A stretch of DNA of 64,000 nt, from NCBI RefSeq assembly GCF_006345805.1, contig NW_021832860.1, positions 1-64,000 on the forward strand, given 5' to 3'. This DNA comes from Octopus sinensis (lineage: Eukaryota). The notes below the pieces were generated by a model, which was not told the DNA's origin, made no database searches, and saw only the letters and a list, made by a program, of their open reading frames with translations. Made by a program: the position numbers and the translations under genes. Position 1 is the first letter of the stretch, and every line of letters begins with the position of its first letter. Shown one piece after another: positions 53,395 to 64,000 of this stretch.

Positions 53395-53398
<4 letters not shown>
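52682..53398 (+). mobile_element. PLE pseudo-LTR-type unit: inverted 5' piece, ~547-bp monomer, ~97-bp direct tail
   Basis: 52682-52754 is inverted to 53179-53252; 52754-52850 is a direct repeat of 53301-53398; ends in (TA)n. Confidence 0.8.
53049..53111 (+). ncRNA. Type I hammerhead ribozyme
   Basis: CTTGGG CTGATGA C GGA..GTTG-loop-CAAC..TCC A GAAAC GGC GTT CTCAAG. Confidence 0.75.
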
Positions 53399-53468
<70 letters not shown>

Positions 53469-53662
53469 TGCGTTCTGCGTGTATGTATAAATATAATCAT
53501 TTATTTCGCTCAGTATGTTTAGCTGATGAAGGAAAAGTTTTCATTTAACTAGACTAGAAATTGATCGTTCCTAAACTTCCGGAATAGTTTATGAATTTCT
53601 ATATGCCCGCTTCCTCGCTTTCAACAAATGTGATATATATATATATATATATATAATATATA

Positions 53663-53698
<36 letters not shown>

Positions 53699-53835
53699 TG
53701 TATGTATATATAATAATTTATGAATTTCTATATGCCTGTTTCCTCGCTTTCAACGAATGTGAAACATACATATCTATGTATGTATGTATATATATATATA
53801 CATACACACATACATATATGAATGTATATATATAT

Positions 53836-53876
<41 letters not shown>

Positions 53877-53879
53877 TGT

Positions 53880-54125
53880 GTGTGTGTGTGTGTGTGTGTG
53901 TGTTTGTGTGTGTATAGAAAGAGAGAGAGTGCATGTTATAAAATCCATTATTAGAATATAAAACAGTCAAAACCAAACTCTCAGGTTAAAGAAATTATAA
54001 TTTAAGATTATAAACACCTGCTTTCTTGTTTTATTAATTTCGCCTATTACTTAATGCTTAGGAATACATTTCTTCGGATAGTTTTATTTATGTGTGTGCG
54101 TGTGTGTGTTTAAGAGAAGATATGC

Positions 54126-54161
<36 letters not shown>

Positions 54162-54945
54162 GGGGAAGAAAGAGACAAAGAGAGAGGCAGAAAGAGAAAC
54201 TCACAACATCAAACATTATGAAACCGTAAACCCTAGAAGAGTGTATATGGTTATAAACATGTACTTGGGGAAGGGGGCTTGAATAATGGCCCTCCCCACT
54301 TATTAATTCTTCAGATCCCCCCACTGCTGTTATCCCCCTCTCTTTATTGATATAACAGCTAGACAATCTAATAATTATTGTATTTTACGTTAAAATATAT
54401 ATATACTAGCAGAAAATCACCTTCCTGACGATTTTTTGCAAGTCACTTGATATTAATTTCACATTTGATTTCCAATTGTAATAATTTTTAAGATAAATTA
54501 CGTCTAATTATTTCTTTGTATAATAGTACCCATTTGCTTAGTAAGTATTGTTTTCATTATTTTATCACAGTCAAAATCTCTCTTTTTTAAGCAAACATCA
54601 AGGTAGTCCCACTACGAGGGAGGCAGTTTGTTAAGTTTAACTTTCCTCTCAAAGCAATATAGAGATTTCAGTTGAGCAGCCCTTCTATAAGCTTTGCAGT
54701 GTGTGTGTGTGTGTGTGTGTGTGTTTGTGTGTGTATAGAAAGAGAGAGAGTGCATGTTATAAAATCCATTATTAGAATATAAAACAGTCAAAACCAAACT
54801 CTCAGGTTAAAGAAATATAATTTAAGATTATAAACACCTGCTTTCTTGTTTTATTAATTTCGCCTATTACTTAATGCTTAGGAATACATTTCTTCGGATA
54901 GTTTTATTTATGTGTGTGCGTGTGTGTGTTTAAGAGAAGATATGC

Positions 54946-54985
<40 letters not shown>

Positions 54986-55522
54986 CAGAAAGAGAAACTC
55001 ACAACATCAAACATTATGAAACCGTAAACCCTAGAAGAGTGTATATGGTTATAAACATGTACTTGGGGAAGGGGGCTTGAATAATGGCCCTCCCCACTTA
55101 TTAATTCTTCAGATCCCCCCACTGCTGTTATCCCCCTCTCTTTATTGATATAACAGCTAGACAATCTAATAATTATTGTATTTTACGTTAAAATATATAT
55201 ATACTAGCAGAAAATCACCTTCCTGACGATTTTTTGCAAGTCACTTGATATTAATTTCACATTTGATTTCCAATTGTAATAATTTTTAAGATAAATTACG
55301 TCTAATTATTTCTTTGTATAATAGTACCCATTTGCTTAGTAAGTATTGTTTTCATTATTTTATCACAGTCAAAATCTCTCTTTTTTAAGCAAACATCAAG
55401 GTAGTCCCACTACAGAGGGGAGGCAGTTTGTTAAGTTTAACTTTCCTCTCAAAGCAATATAGAGATTTCAGTTGAGCAGCCCTTCTATAAGCTTTGCAGT
55501 GTGTGTGTGTGTGTGTGTGTGT
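53880..55522 (+). repeat. Tandem duplication, ~800-820-bp unit x2
   Basis: Near-identical units; (GT)n at all junctions. Confidence 0.95.
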
Positions 55523-56124
55523 GTTTGAGAGAGAGGGGCAGGAAGAGAGAACATTGCAAACAGTAAATGAAATATACATGAAATGAGAAAATAGTATGAA
55601 TAAAAAGACATAACTACACATGTATACACCCTCGACATTGTTGCCTCACAACATCCAAAAAAATGGATTCTTTTTAATTAAATTTTTTACAAATACCGCT
55701 TAGATGTTGTAGCTTCAGAGTATATAGGGATTTATCAGAAATAATTTTTTCGAGGGGGCGGGGAGAGAAGACTTTGGTAAAATTCACGCGATCCGACGTT
55801 TTTCCCTCATAACTTCCAGGAAACTTCCAGGTATTTTTTAATGGAAATTTATGCAAATACCTTTCAAACTACATAAATTACGATTATAAAGAAATTTGTG
55901 GGGAAAATCTTTTCCGCGGGTTTGGAGAGAGTAGTTTCTGATCAGGAAGATCAATTAAGTTACAACTATGTTTTGACGGGAATTTTCCCCATTTTTTTTT
56001 TAAATCACAGCCTTCGAAATGGTGGGGCTGGGGGTATCTTTGTATGAGAAAGTTTCGAAATGTTTTTTTAGAACTCCATCTCCCTTATCATCCCACTCTG
56101 GATATATTTTGGTCAATTTTTGTT

Positions 56125-56895
56125 GCACTTTAAAACCATGGTTGTAGCCGTTTCGGTAAGAAAAAAAGAAAAGAAATTGTTTGTATTTTCAGAGGGAAAA
56201 TCAGAGTGATTTTATGGGAGATTTGGCTGTCGTTTCTAGCGCATCCCAAGACAACCCTCCACGTTTCTCTATCACTATTGATGTTTTTCAATATTTTTCT
56301 CCCCATAAATACATTTATATGCTAAAGAAAAGAAAATTTGGAAAATTATGAATTTCTTGCAACCTGCCCCCGGTTGTTTCTGTCTATAAATTAAAATATC
56401 GGAAAGCCTGAGAAACTCATTGCTGACATTTATCCACATTGGTTTAAAGAAAAGCTGCATAAACGATAATTCATTTTAATACCATAATTTTCTGTTAGAA
56501 AATGTCTTTTCTTACACGCACACGCGGCTTCGCTTGCCCGAGGTGCCATGCAGTGGGACTGAACCCAGAGCTATGCGGTTGGGAAGCAGGCTTCTTACCA
56601 CACAGCCACGCCTGCGTCTGGTATTACTTGTAGTCTTTGTTCTTTTTCTGCTTTTTCCATATCTATATTATATTCCACCAATGGAGCACACGTGTGTTAC
56701 TTCGACATCATCATTCTATAAAATGTGTTTAATAGGAGAAAAATATTGAGAAAAAAAAACATCAATATATGTGAGAATGAAAATTTGGGGTGGTTTGGAT
56801 TGTGCTAGAAACAACAGCCTTGAATTGTTCACATTTTCCTCTGAAAATATTACAATTTTAGTTTAACCAAAAGGCTCCTCCCATGGTTTTTAAGT
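56125..56895. repeat. Old inverted repeat (~170-bp arms), probable MITE, with a SINE B head inside
   Basis: AAAACCATGG..TTTTCAGAGG..GGCTGTCGTTTCTAGC..CAATATTTTTCTCC is mirrored at 56735-56895. Confidence 0.65.
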
Positions 56896-57539
56896 TAAAA
56901 AGAATTGGCCACAATCGGTCCGGGTAGTTATTATTGTAAGGCTTATGGCATTCCAACCAGCCATAACAACAATCTCTCTTCTTAATTTTTTAAAAAATTA
57001 TTCCGGTATATTAAAAAATTATTTTTTTCATCAAAAATATTCATTTGACAAACTCCGGAAACTGATAATTTTCTTGAAATTGTGCCTCGTATCAAAGTCA
57101 TATTATCTAATAGCATACATACATTCAACACAAAATCACTTAAAAATTATACTTGTATAAAAATTATACTCGTGTATCAAAAAGTTTTCACTTTACCAAA
57201 AATATTCATGTAACAAACTCCAGAAACTGATCATATTCATGAAACTGTGCCTCGAATTAAAGTTATATAAATATTAATAAATTATTATTAATGAAAGTAG
57301 AGGCGAGAGAGAAAATATCGCCTTCAACGAATTAATATTTTTTATTGTTAAAGTGAATGCAATGAATATTTAATTTTTTGAATAATTGGACGTAGTGAAG
57401 GCAAATAATTTTTAAATTTACTAAAAATTGGAGTTCAAAATTCAATAAACTACAGAAATCGAAATTATAAAAAATTTCTTAGAACATGAATGCATATATG
57501 TATGAGAATCGGCATAGCACGCCCATGTGACAACAAGAT

Positions 57540-57872
57540 GAATGTGAAAGAAGAAGAAAAAATAAACAACTATTGACGATTTGCAGTAGGAAATACGAAG
57601 GTTGTGGTCAAGGAAGAAAGTAGACGTGATACCAATAGTAATTGGTACATTTGGAAGTATCAGCACTCAACTACCTGCATGGCTGAAAAAGACTGGTGCA
57701 AGTGTGATGGTAGAAAACCTACAAAACTCAGCATTGCTTGGAACTGCAAGAATTCTTTGCAGGGCTTTTGAAGCATGACCAGTAAGTAAGCAAGTGTCAC
57801 CTTAGTCTGCTGGCTGTGAGCAGTTGACGCTTTCCACCACACCCAGCACAATAAGCTGTGAGTTTTCATATA
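57540..57872 (+). mobile_element. R4/Dong-like LINE 3' end; another at 58025-58130
   Basis: EIRRLWS.KKVDVIPIVIGTFGS..LQNSALLGTARIL; GSARILRRV; TAA tails. Confidence 0.8.
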
Positions 57873-57942
57873 ATGATAATAATAATAATAGTAGTAGTAA
57901 TAGTATTATTATTATTATAATTATTATTATTATTATTATTAT

Positions 57943-57998
<56 letters not shown>

Positions 57999-58127
57999 TA
58001 GTAGTAGTAGTAGTAGTAGTAGTAGGGTCAGCTAGGATACTTAGGCGGGTTCGTGGGATCGAATGTTACTTGTTGTAACATGATACTAGGCATATTTTTC
58101 TTTTCTAATAGTCTGATATGTTGTGTG

Positions 58128-58193
<66 letters not shown>

Positions 58194-58194
58194 T

Positions 58195-58683
58195 CTGATC
58201 TTAACTAATTGGAAGTTTTAACTTGTACATTGTTTTGTCTTAGTGTAAAAGATGGGCTACAGCTTGTCAGTTGTTTGACCTTAACCAGTTGAGCATGTCC
58301 CTTAGTGGCTGACGATATGTGCATCTCTGATCACAAGAGCAAAAGTAGTGGGGGAGCATCATAGCCATGTGTTGAGAGGAATTTTGGGGTTTGAATAATT
58401 CACTTCTGGAAACATGGGTGTTTCGTTGAACATCCTTAAACAACCCTTATTCAGGGACCTTTTGAGCGGGATGGGTTACTCGACCAGAAGAAAATTCTAA
58501 CTGGACCCCACCTGCAAGGTCATGTGCTGTTTATCTTGATATGAGATCACCATGTCGCGCACATATGGTTGTGATGCATGTGCCTGGTATATCCTTATCA
58601 GACGGGTAGTTATGATGGGTATATTGGGCTTCATATATTTTACCCCAGTGCCACTTTGATGGCATGCATTGCTCTCTCACTCA
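58195..58683 (+). mobile_element. Probable LINE 3' UTR between (TAA)n tracts
   Basis: Complex non-coding block flanked by TAA repeats; family not identified. Confidence 0.45.
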
Positions 58684-58710
58684 ATAATAATAATAACTAC
58701 AGCAACAATA

Positions 58711-58742
<32 letters not shown>

Positions 58743-58854
58743 AAATAGAAATCTATTAAAATCTGTATTCAATAATTAAGATAAAAATACCAATTTTCAA
58801 ACATTTAAATAATTGCTGACGAAACGGCTGAAAGTTCTATCTCACGTTAATGAC

Positions 58855-59218
58855 AAAGAAGAAGAAGAAGAAGAAAAGAGAAAGAAGAGAAGAAGAAGAA
58901 GAAGAAAAGAAGAAGAAGAAGAAGAAGAAAAGAAGAAGAAGAAGAAGAAGAAGAGAAGAAGAAGAGAAGAAGAAGAAGAAGAAGAAGAAGAAGAAGAAAG
59001 AAGAAGAAGAAGAAGAAGAAGAAGAAGAAGAAGAAGAAGAAGAAGAAGAAGAAGAAGAAGAAGAAAAAAGAAGAAGAAGAAGAAGAAGAAGAAGAGAAGA
59101 AGAAGAAGAGAGAAAAGAAGAAGAAGAAGAAGAAGAAGAAGAAGAAGAAGAAGAAGAAGAAGAAGAAAAGAAGACGAAGAGAAAGAAAGAAGAAGAAAAG
59201 AAGAAGAAGAAGAAGAAG
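58855..59218 (+). repeat. (GAA)n tract, ~360 bp
   Basis: Directly visible. Confidence 0.98.
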
Positions 59219-59967
59219 CGGTTATTTCGGTGATAATGAAGCAAAAATCCCTTTAATGATGGTTTCCTATTTTCATATCAGAAAAATTTTCTTAACCTTG
59301 TCTTGGAATTAAGATAAATCTAGAATTAGTTATTCTTAATAATTCTGTAATAATTACATTTAAGATGCAAATTTACTAATTCTTAAAATAGATTCAAGAT
59401 AATTTAAAGTGCTAATGTTTCGAATAAAAATATGTTCATCCATCGAATGAATTTCAGCGTGCATAAGACCCTCAAGTTATATTTGTAGTGTTTTTAAAAG
59501 GATGTATAAATTTGAATACGAGTGTACATGGACTTCCCAGAAACACGGATTATTTATCATTGTGATTTTTTCATCACATCCATAAATTAATTCTAAATGC
59601 ATAATAAAATATAATTCGGTACGGAGAATTAGCGTTGAAAGGGCAATAACTCTTGAACGCTAGTGAAAATAGATATACAAAAGTTATTTCCCTTGATAAT
59701 TTGGTGGTTTCGTTTAAATCAGATTTGTTTGTGTAAAGCACGATCAGGTTCGATTTTTATACCTGTGAACCAGCCATATGATACTGATTCTGCGGAATAC
59801 TCAGTCACTAAAGCGTTCACACGTTGATGGAATGATATCATCAGTTTTTAAGTTACAATTTTATTACAGGTGAAAAGAAAAAGACAGAAAGAAAACAGGA
59901 AAATGTGAATCACGATTAAAAGGAAATAGCTAAGATTAGCAAAGATTGTTGTTGTTGTTGTTATTGA

Positions 59968-60155
59968 TGAGCTGGAAGAATCGTTAGCAATATATCGGCC
60001 GTCTTTGCGTTCTGAGTTCAATTTCCGCCTAGGTCGAGTTTGCCTTTCTTCATTTCGGGATCGATAAATTAAGTACCAGTGAAACACTGCAGTGGATGTA
60101 ATCCACGGGTTCCCCTCCCCACAAAATGTCTGGTCTTGTGCCATTAGTAGAAAGG

Positions 60156-60213
<58 letters not shown>

Positions 60214-60320
60214 TTGTTGCTGTTGTTCTTCTTCTTTTGTAGTTGTTGTTGTTCTTGATGCTGTTGTCGTTATTATTATTACTCTTATTGTTATTATTAT
60301 TACTATTATCATCATCATCA

Positions 60321-60367
<47 letters not shown>

Positions 60368-61100
60368 TTACTATTAAAGGCGGTGAGCTGGCTGAATCGT
60401 TAGCACGCCGGGCGAAATGCTTAGCGGTATTTCGTCTGCCGCTACGTCCTGAGCTCAAATTCCGCCGAGGTCGACTTTGCCTTTCATCCTTTCGGGGTCG
60501 ATAAATTAAGTATCAGTTACACACTGTGGTCGATGTAATCGACTAATCCGTTTGTCTGTCCTTGTTTGTCCTCTCTGTGTTTAGCCCCTTGTGGGTAGTA
60601 AAGAAATAGGTATTTCCCCACTTATTCCGTTCTAAGTTCAAATTCCGCCGACATTTACTTAGCTTTTCATACTTTCAGGGGTCGATAAAATATATATCAG
60701 TCGAACACTGGGGTCGATGTAATCGACTCATCCCCTTCTCTAGAAATGCTGATTTGTGGAGGAAATGCTTAACGGTTTTTCGCCCGTCACTACATTTTGC
60801 GTTCAAATTCCGCCGAGGTCGATTTTCTCTTTCATCCTTTCGGGGTCAATTAATTAAGTACCTGTTGCGTACTAGGGTCGATATAATCGACTTAATTCGT
60901 GTGTCTTTCCAAACAAGGACAGACAAACGGATTAAGTCGATTGCATCCACTCCAGTGCGTAACTGGTACTTATTTATCGACCCCGAAAGTATGAAAGGCA
61001 AAGTCGACCTCGGCAGAATTTTAACTCAGAACGTAGCGGCAAACGAAATACGACTACGCATTTCGCCCGGCGTGCTAACGATTCTGCCAGCTCGTCGCCT
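59968..61100. mobile_element. Cluster of SINE family A copies
   Basis: Plus-strand copies at ~59968, 60378, 60620, 60760; minus-strand copy at 60911-61100. Confidence 0.85.
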
Positions 61101-61731
61101 GAATTGATTAGAAGTAATGAGTCAATGAGCAGTGAGAATCGTTAGCTACACTGGTCGCAATGCTTGGCTGCATTTATTCCAGCTTTTCTTTCTGAGATCA
61201 AATGCCTCCGAGGTCACCTTTTCTTTCATTCTTTCGTAGCCCATAAAATGAGTATAAATTACAATCTTAGCCCCTCGCCTTAAAAACAGGTTGCTTTGTG
61301 CTATATTTAGAAAAAATGACAAATATTAAATTATATAATATTAAGTCATATAATAATGACAAATATTAAACTAAAATTTAGATCAATATACAAATTCATT
61401 GATACTGGTTTCAAATTTTCGAGGTGAGGTGTAAGACAATTACATCAACCCCGGCTTTCAACTGGTACTTCTTTTATCGACTCCAAAAGGATGAAAGGCA
61501 AAGTCGACCTTGGCGTAATAAATTCATTGATCGTAAATAGTCTTCTGATATATGCATGACATGGAGTATATTGGCTTGCTATGAGAAACGATAAGTGTAC
61601 ATTTAAATAAGAAACGTTATGAATTTGTTCTATGAAAATGCAGACAGTGTAATTTCGGTTAAACGTTCATTAAATTACAGATTTAAAGTAATATATGGTG
61701 TGAGACAAAGGTATATTATATCACGTAGCCT
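60911..61731 (-). repeat. Copy 2 of inverted duplication (partner 17191-18012)
   Basis: Reverse-complement match. Confidence 0.92.
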
Positions 61732-62033
61732 ATTAAGTGTTTCGCTCGGTATGCTAACGTTTCGGCCAGTTTGCCGCCTTTCCCTTGCCTCGTTTCCTTG
61801 CCTGGGAGAAAATGTTTAGCGGCATTTTTGCGACTGTTATGTGTGTGTAAGTATGAATGCATGTGTATAAGTATATATATATATATGTGGGGGGGGGTAT
61901 ATGTGTGTGTGGTGTGTGTTTTGTGGTGGTGTGTATATATATACATGTATGTATAATATATATATATATCTATATATATACATAACTATATCTACATATA
62001 TACATATATATCATAACTTATACTATATGTATA

Positions 62034-62066
<33 letters not shown>

Positions 62067-62097
62067 TACGCGATAAAGAAGCAACAGAATGATACGG

Positions 62098-62192
62098 TTT
62101 TTAGTACAATCGTTTCATCATACAAGGAACCGCTTATTAAAAGTTGCAAAAAAATTACAGCAATAAACGTGTCCCGTACTCATCAGCTAAAA
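62098..62192 (-). ncRNA. Type I hammerhead with extended stem II
   Basis: TTTTAG CTGATGA GTAC GGGAC...GTTCC TTGTAT(GAT) GAAAC GATT GTA CTAAAA. Confidence 0.65.
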
Positions 62193-62835
62193 TACCGATG
62201 TGATTCTCTAGACATCCTAGTGGTTGAGGTTATACTCATGAAGTATGTAGATAATTAAGTCCATACCACAAGATTCAAAGTTCATTAAAGTTCTTTAAAA
62301 TATGTACAGTCTTTATCACATAATTTACAAAAAGTTTTAATAGCATCACAGAGAAGGTGACCTAACCTAGTGCACATATGAATTTCCAGAGATATGAGGA
62401 GGGATTACATACTCACAGACGACAAATTTATCCATTGTTAATCACACAAGACGAGGTGGGTCTCAATTCCTACATTAGCATTACCGAGAGGGTGCATTTA
62501 ATTCACTTTGTATAATCAAAGGATTAATTCACCCTCTCTGTAATGCTAATAAGCAGGAATTGAGACCCACCTCGTTGTGATTAACATGGATAAATTTGTC
62601 GTCTGTGAGTATGTAATCCCTCCTCATATCTCTGGAAATTCATATGTGCACTATGGTTATGTCACCTTCTCTGTGGATGCTAATTACAACTTTTTGTTTA
62701 AAATTCTGTTGAAATACTGTACATCATCTTTAAAGAACTTTAATGAACTTTGGAAATTGTTTATGTTACTTAATTATCTACATTACTTCATGAGTATAGC
62801 CTCAACCCTAGGATGTCTAGAGAAACTCACATGTA

Positions 62836-62928
62836 TTTTAGCTGATGAGTACGGGACACGTTATATACTGCTGTAATTTTGCAACTTTTAATAAGGCCTG
62901 TCCTTGTATGAAAACGATTGTACTAAAA
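62836..62928 (+). ncRNA. Type I hammerhead with extended stem II
   Basis: TTTTAG CTGATGA GTAC GGGAC...GTCCTT GTAT GAAA(A)C GATT GTA CTAAAA. Confidence 0.7.
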
Positions 62929-63102
62929 ACCTATCCATTCTGGTTGTTGCTTTTCTTTCTCGCTTATAATCACCCCACATTACTGTATTGTTAAAAAACA
63001 GTATAGTTTTTTTTTTTGCTGCATCTAAGTTAGGTTACCATATTCAAGTAAATTCATTTAAATTAACTTGAATCTTTATTGCTTTTTGTATATATAATAT
63101 AT

Positions 63103-63146
<44 letters not shown>

Positions 63147-63234
63147 CCTATATACAACTACATACATACATACATATATATATACATATACGTGGTGTGT
63201 GTGTATTCATACATATATGGATCAAGACAGTTTG

Positions 63235-63480
63235 ATTCAAAATCGTTGGTACTCCGAGTTTCAAGAGTGATGGTAATTTGAATTAGAGAAATTGATTGTT
63301 ATTAGCGGAAGATAAGCTGCGATTGGTCAAGGATGGTCATTCGGTGTCGTGGTTTCATGTTGATATACCAGCGGCAACACTTACTTGGAAAATACCACTC
63401 GGAGAAGAGGAAATCGACTACATGGTGGACAAGAAATTGACCGCGTGGTGGACGGGAAATCGGTGGCGTTGTTGAAGGGT
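63235..63480 (-). pseudogene. Possible PLE GIY-YIG fragment
   Basis: YF..KCCRWYINMKPRHRM and LKLGVPTILN on the minus strand. Confidence 0.35.
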
Positions 63481-63954
63481 AAGTTAGAAGTCGTGGTGTG
63501 TGTGTGCAATTATAGAGATGTATATGTGAATGTGTGGAGGCGCTCCTATGTTTTCATACGAGCAAGCGCATGTGTACATGAGCCCTCACGCCTCCCCCGC
63601 AAACAAATAAACGAACATGCCCGCGAGCGCTGATACACATACATGTGTACACACATACACACATGTATAGACATGCGTGCACGCGCACACATACACATGC
63701 ATGTTCGTATTCATTCATATGTACATATGTATATATACATGCATGCATGTACGCGTGCATATTTGTGTGCGCGTGTATGCATGAGTACACAAGCGCATAA
63801 TAAACGCTGGGGATTGGTAATTAGTGGCCCTGCTCATGGGGTCGCTTGGTGACGGTGACCTTGGTGCAGGTGGTGCAGGGTCACAGCAGGTACTAAGGTG
63901 GTATATCTGGTTTGTCGGCGGTGAGATGCTCGAAATTTACCAGAAGGGCATATC

Positions 63955-64000
63955 TCTCTTTTACTCTTTTACTTGTTTCAGTCATTTGACTGCGGCCATG
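63955..64000 (-). mobile_element. SINE family B tail (cut by window end)
   Basis: CTCTTTTACTTGTTTCAGTCATTTGACTGCGGCCATG. Confidence 0.85.

Larger units (their letters stand above)
62062..62970. mobile_element. ~900-bp palindrome in (TA)n, PLE-type, one HHR per arm
   Basis: Arms ~450 bp centred on TTTG-TATAAT-CAAA (62507-62520). Confidence 0.88.

Noticed and set aside
54088-55164. Duplicated MSSCYINKERG ORFs
   Set aside because: Caused by the tandem duplication; they run into microsatellite
58816-58836. CTGACGA..GAAA
   Set aside because: No stem II or stem I pairing
58813-59256. ORFs rich in E/K/R or S/F/L (also 2847-3306)
   Set aside because: Translations of GAA/GAG tracts
1-64000. CRISPR arrays, operons, rRNA
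   Set aside because: Eukaryotic repeat DNA; no regular repeat-spacer array or rRNA similarity seen

Overview
AT-rich, microsatellite-dense eukaryotic non-coding DNA. The SINE families and repeat content look like an octopus (cephalopod) genome; this is an inference. No convincing host protein-coding exon was found, and nearly all listed ORFs are microsatellite or SINE translations. The window is a mosaic of: several tRNA-derived SINE families; a decayed full-length mariner; Tc1 and piggyBac relics; MITEs; R4/Dong- and HERO-like restriction-endonuclease LINE ends nested in (TAA)n; RTE fragments; and many decayed Penelope-like element (PLE) RT and GIY-YIG pieces. The most notable signal is a set of non-coding, (TA)n-embedded, palindromic or circularly permuted PLE-type units carrying minimal type I hammerhead ribozymes (HHRs). 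These include a ~352-nt permuted monomer in a 530-bp hairpin (52041-52682), a ~900-bp hairpin with two HHRs (62062-62970), and non-canonical cores, one with a compensatory G3:C8 swap (23161-23216). There are also two microsatellite-bounded tandem duplications and an ~820-bp inverted duplication 43 kb apart. All calls were made by eye, and coordinates of decayed elements are approximate.
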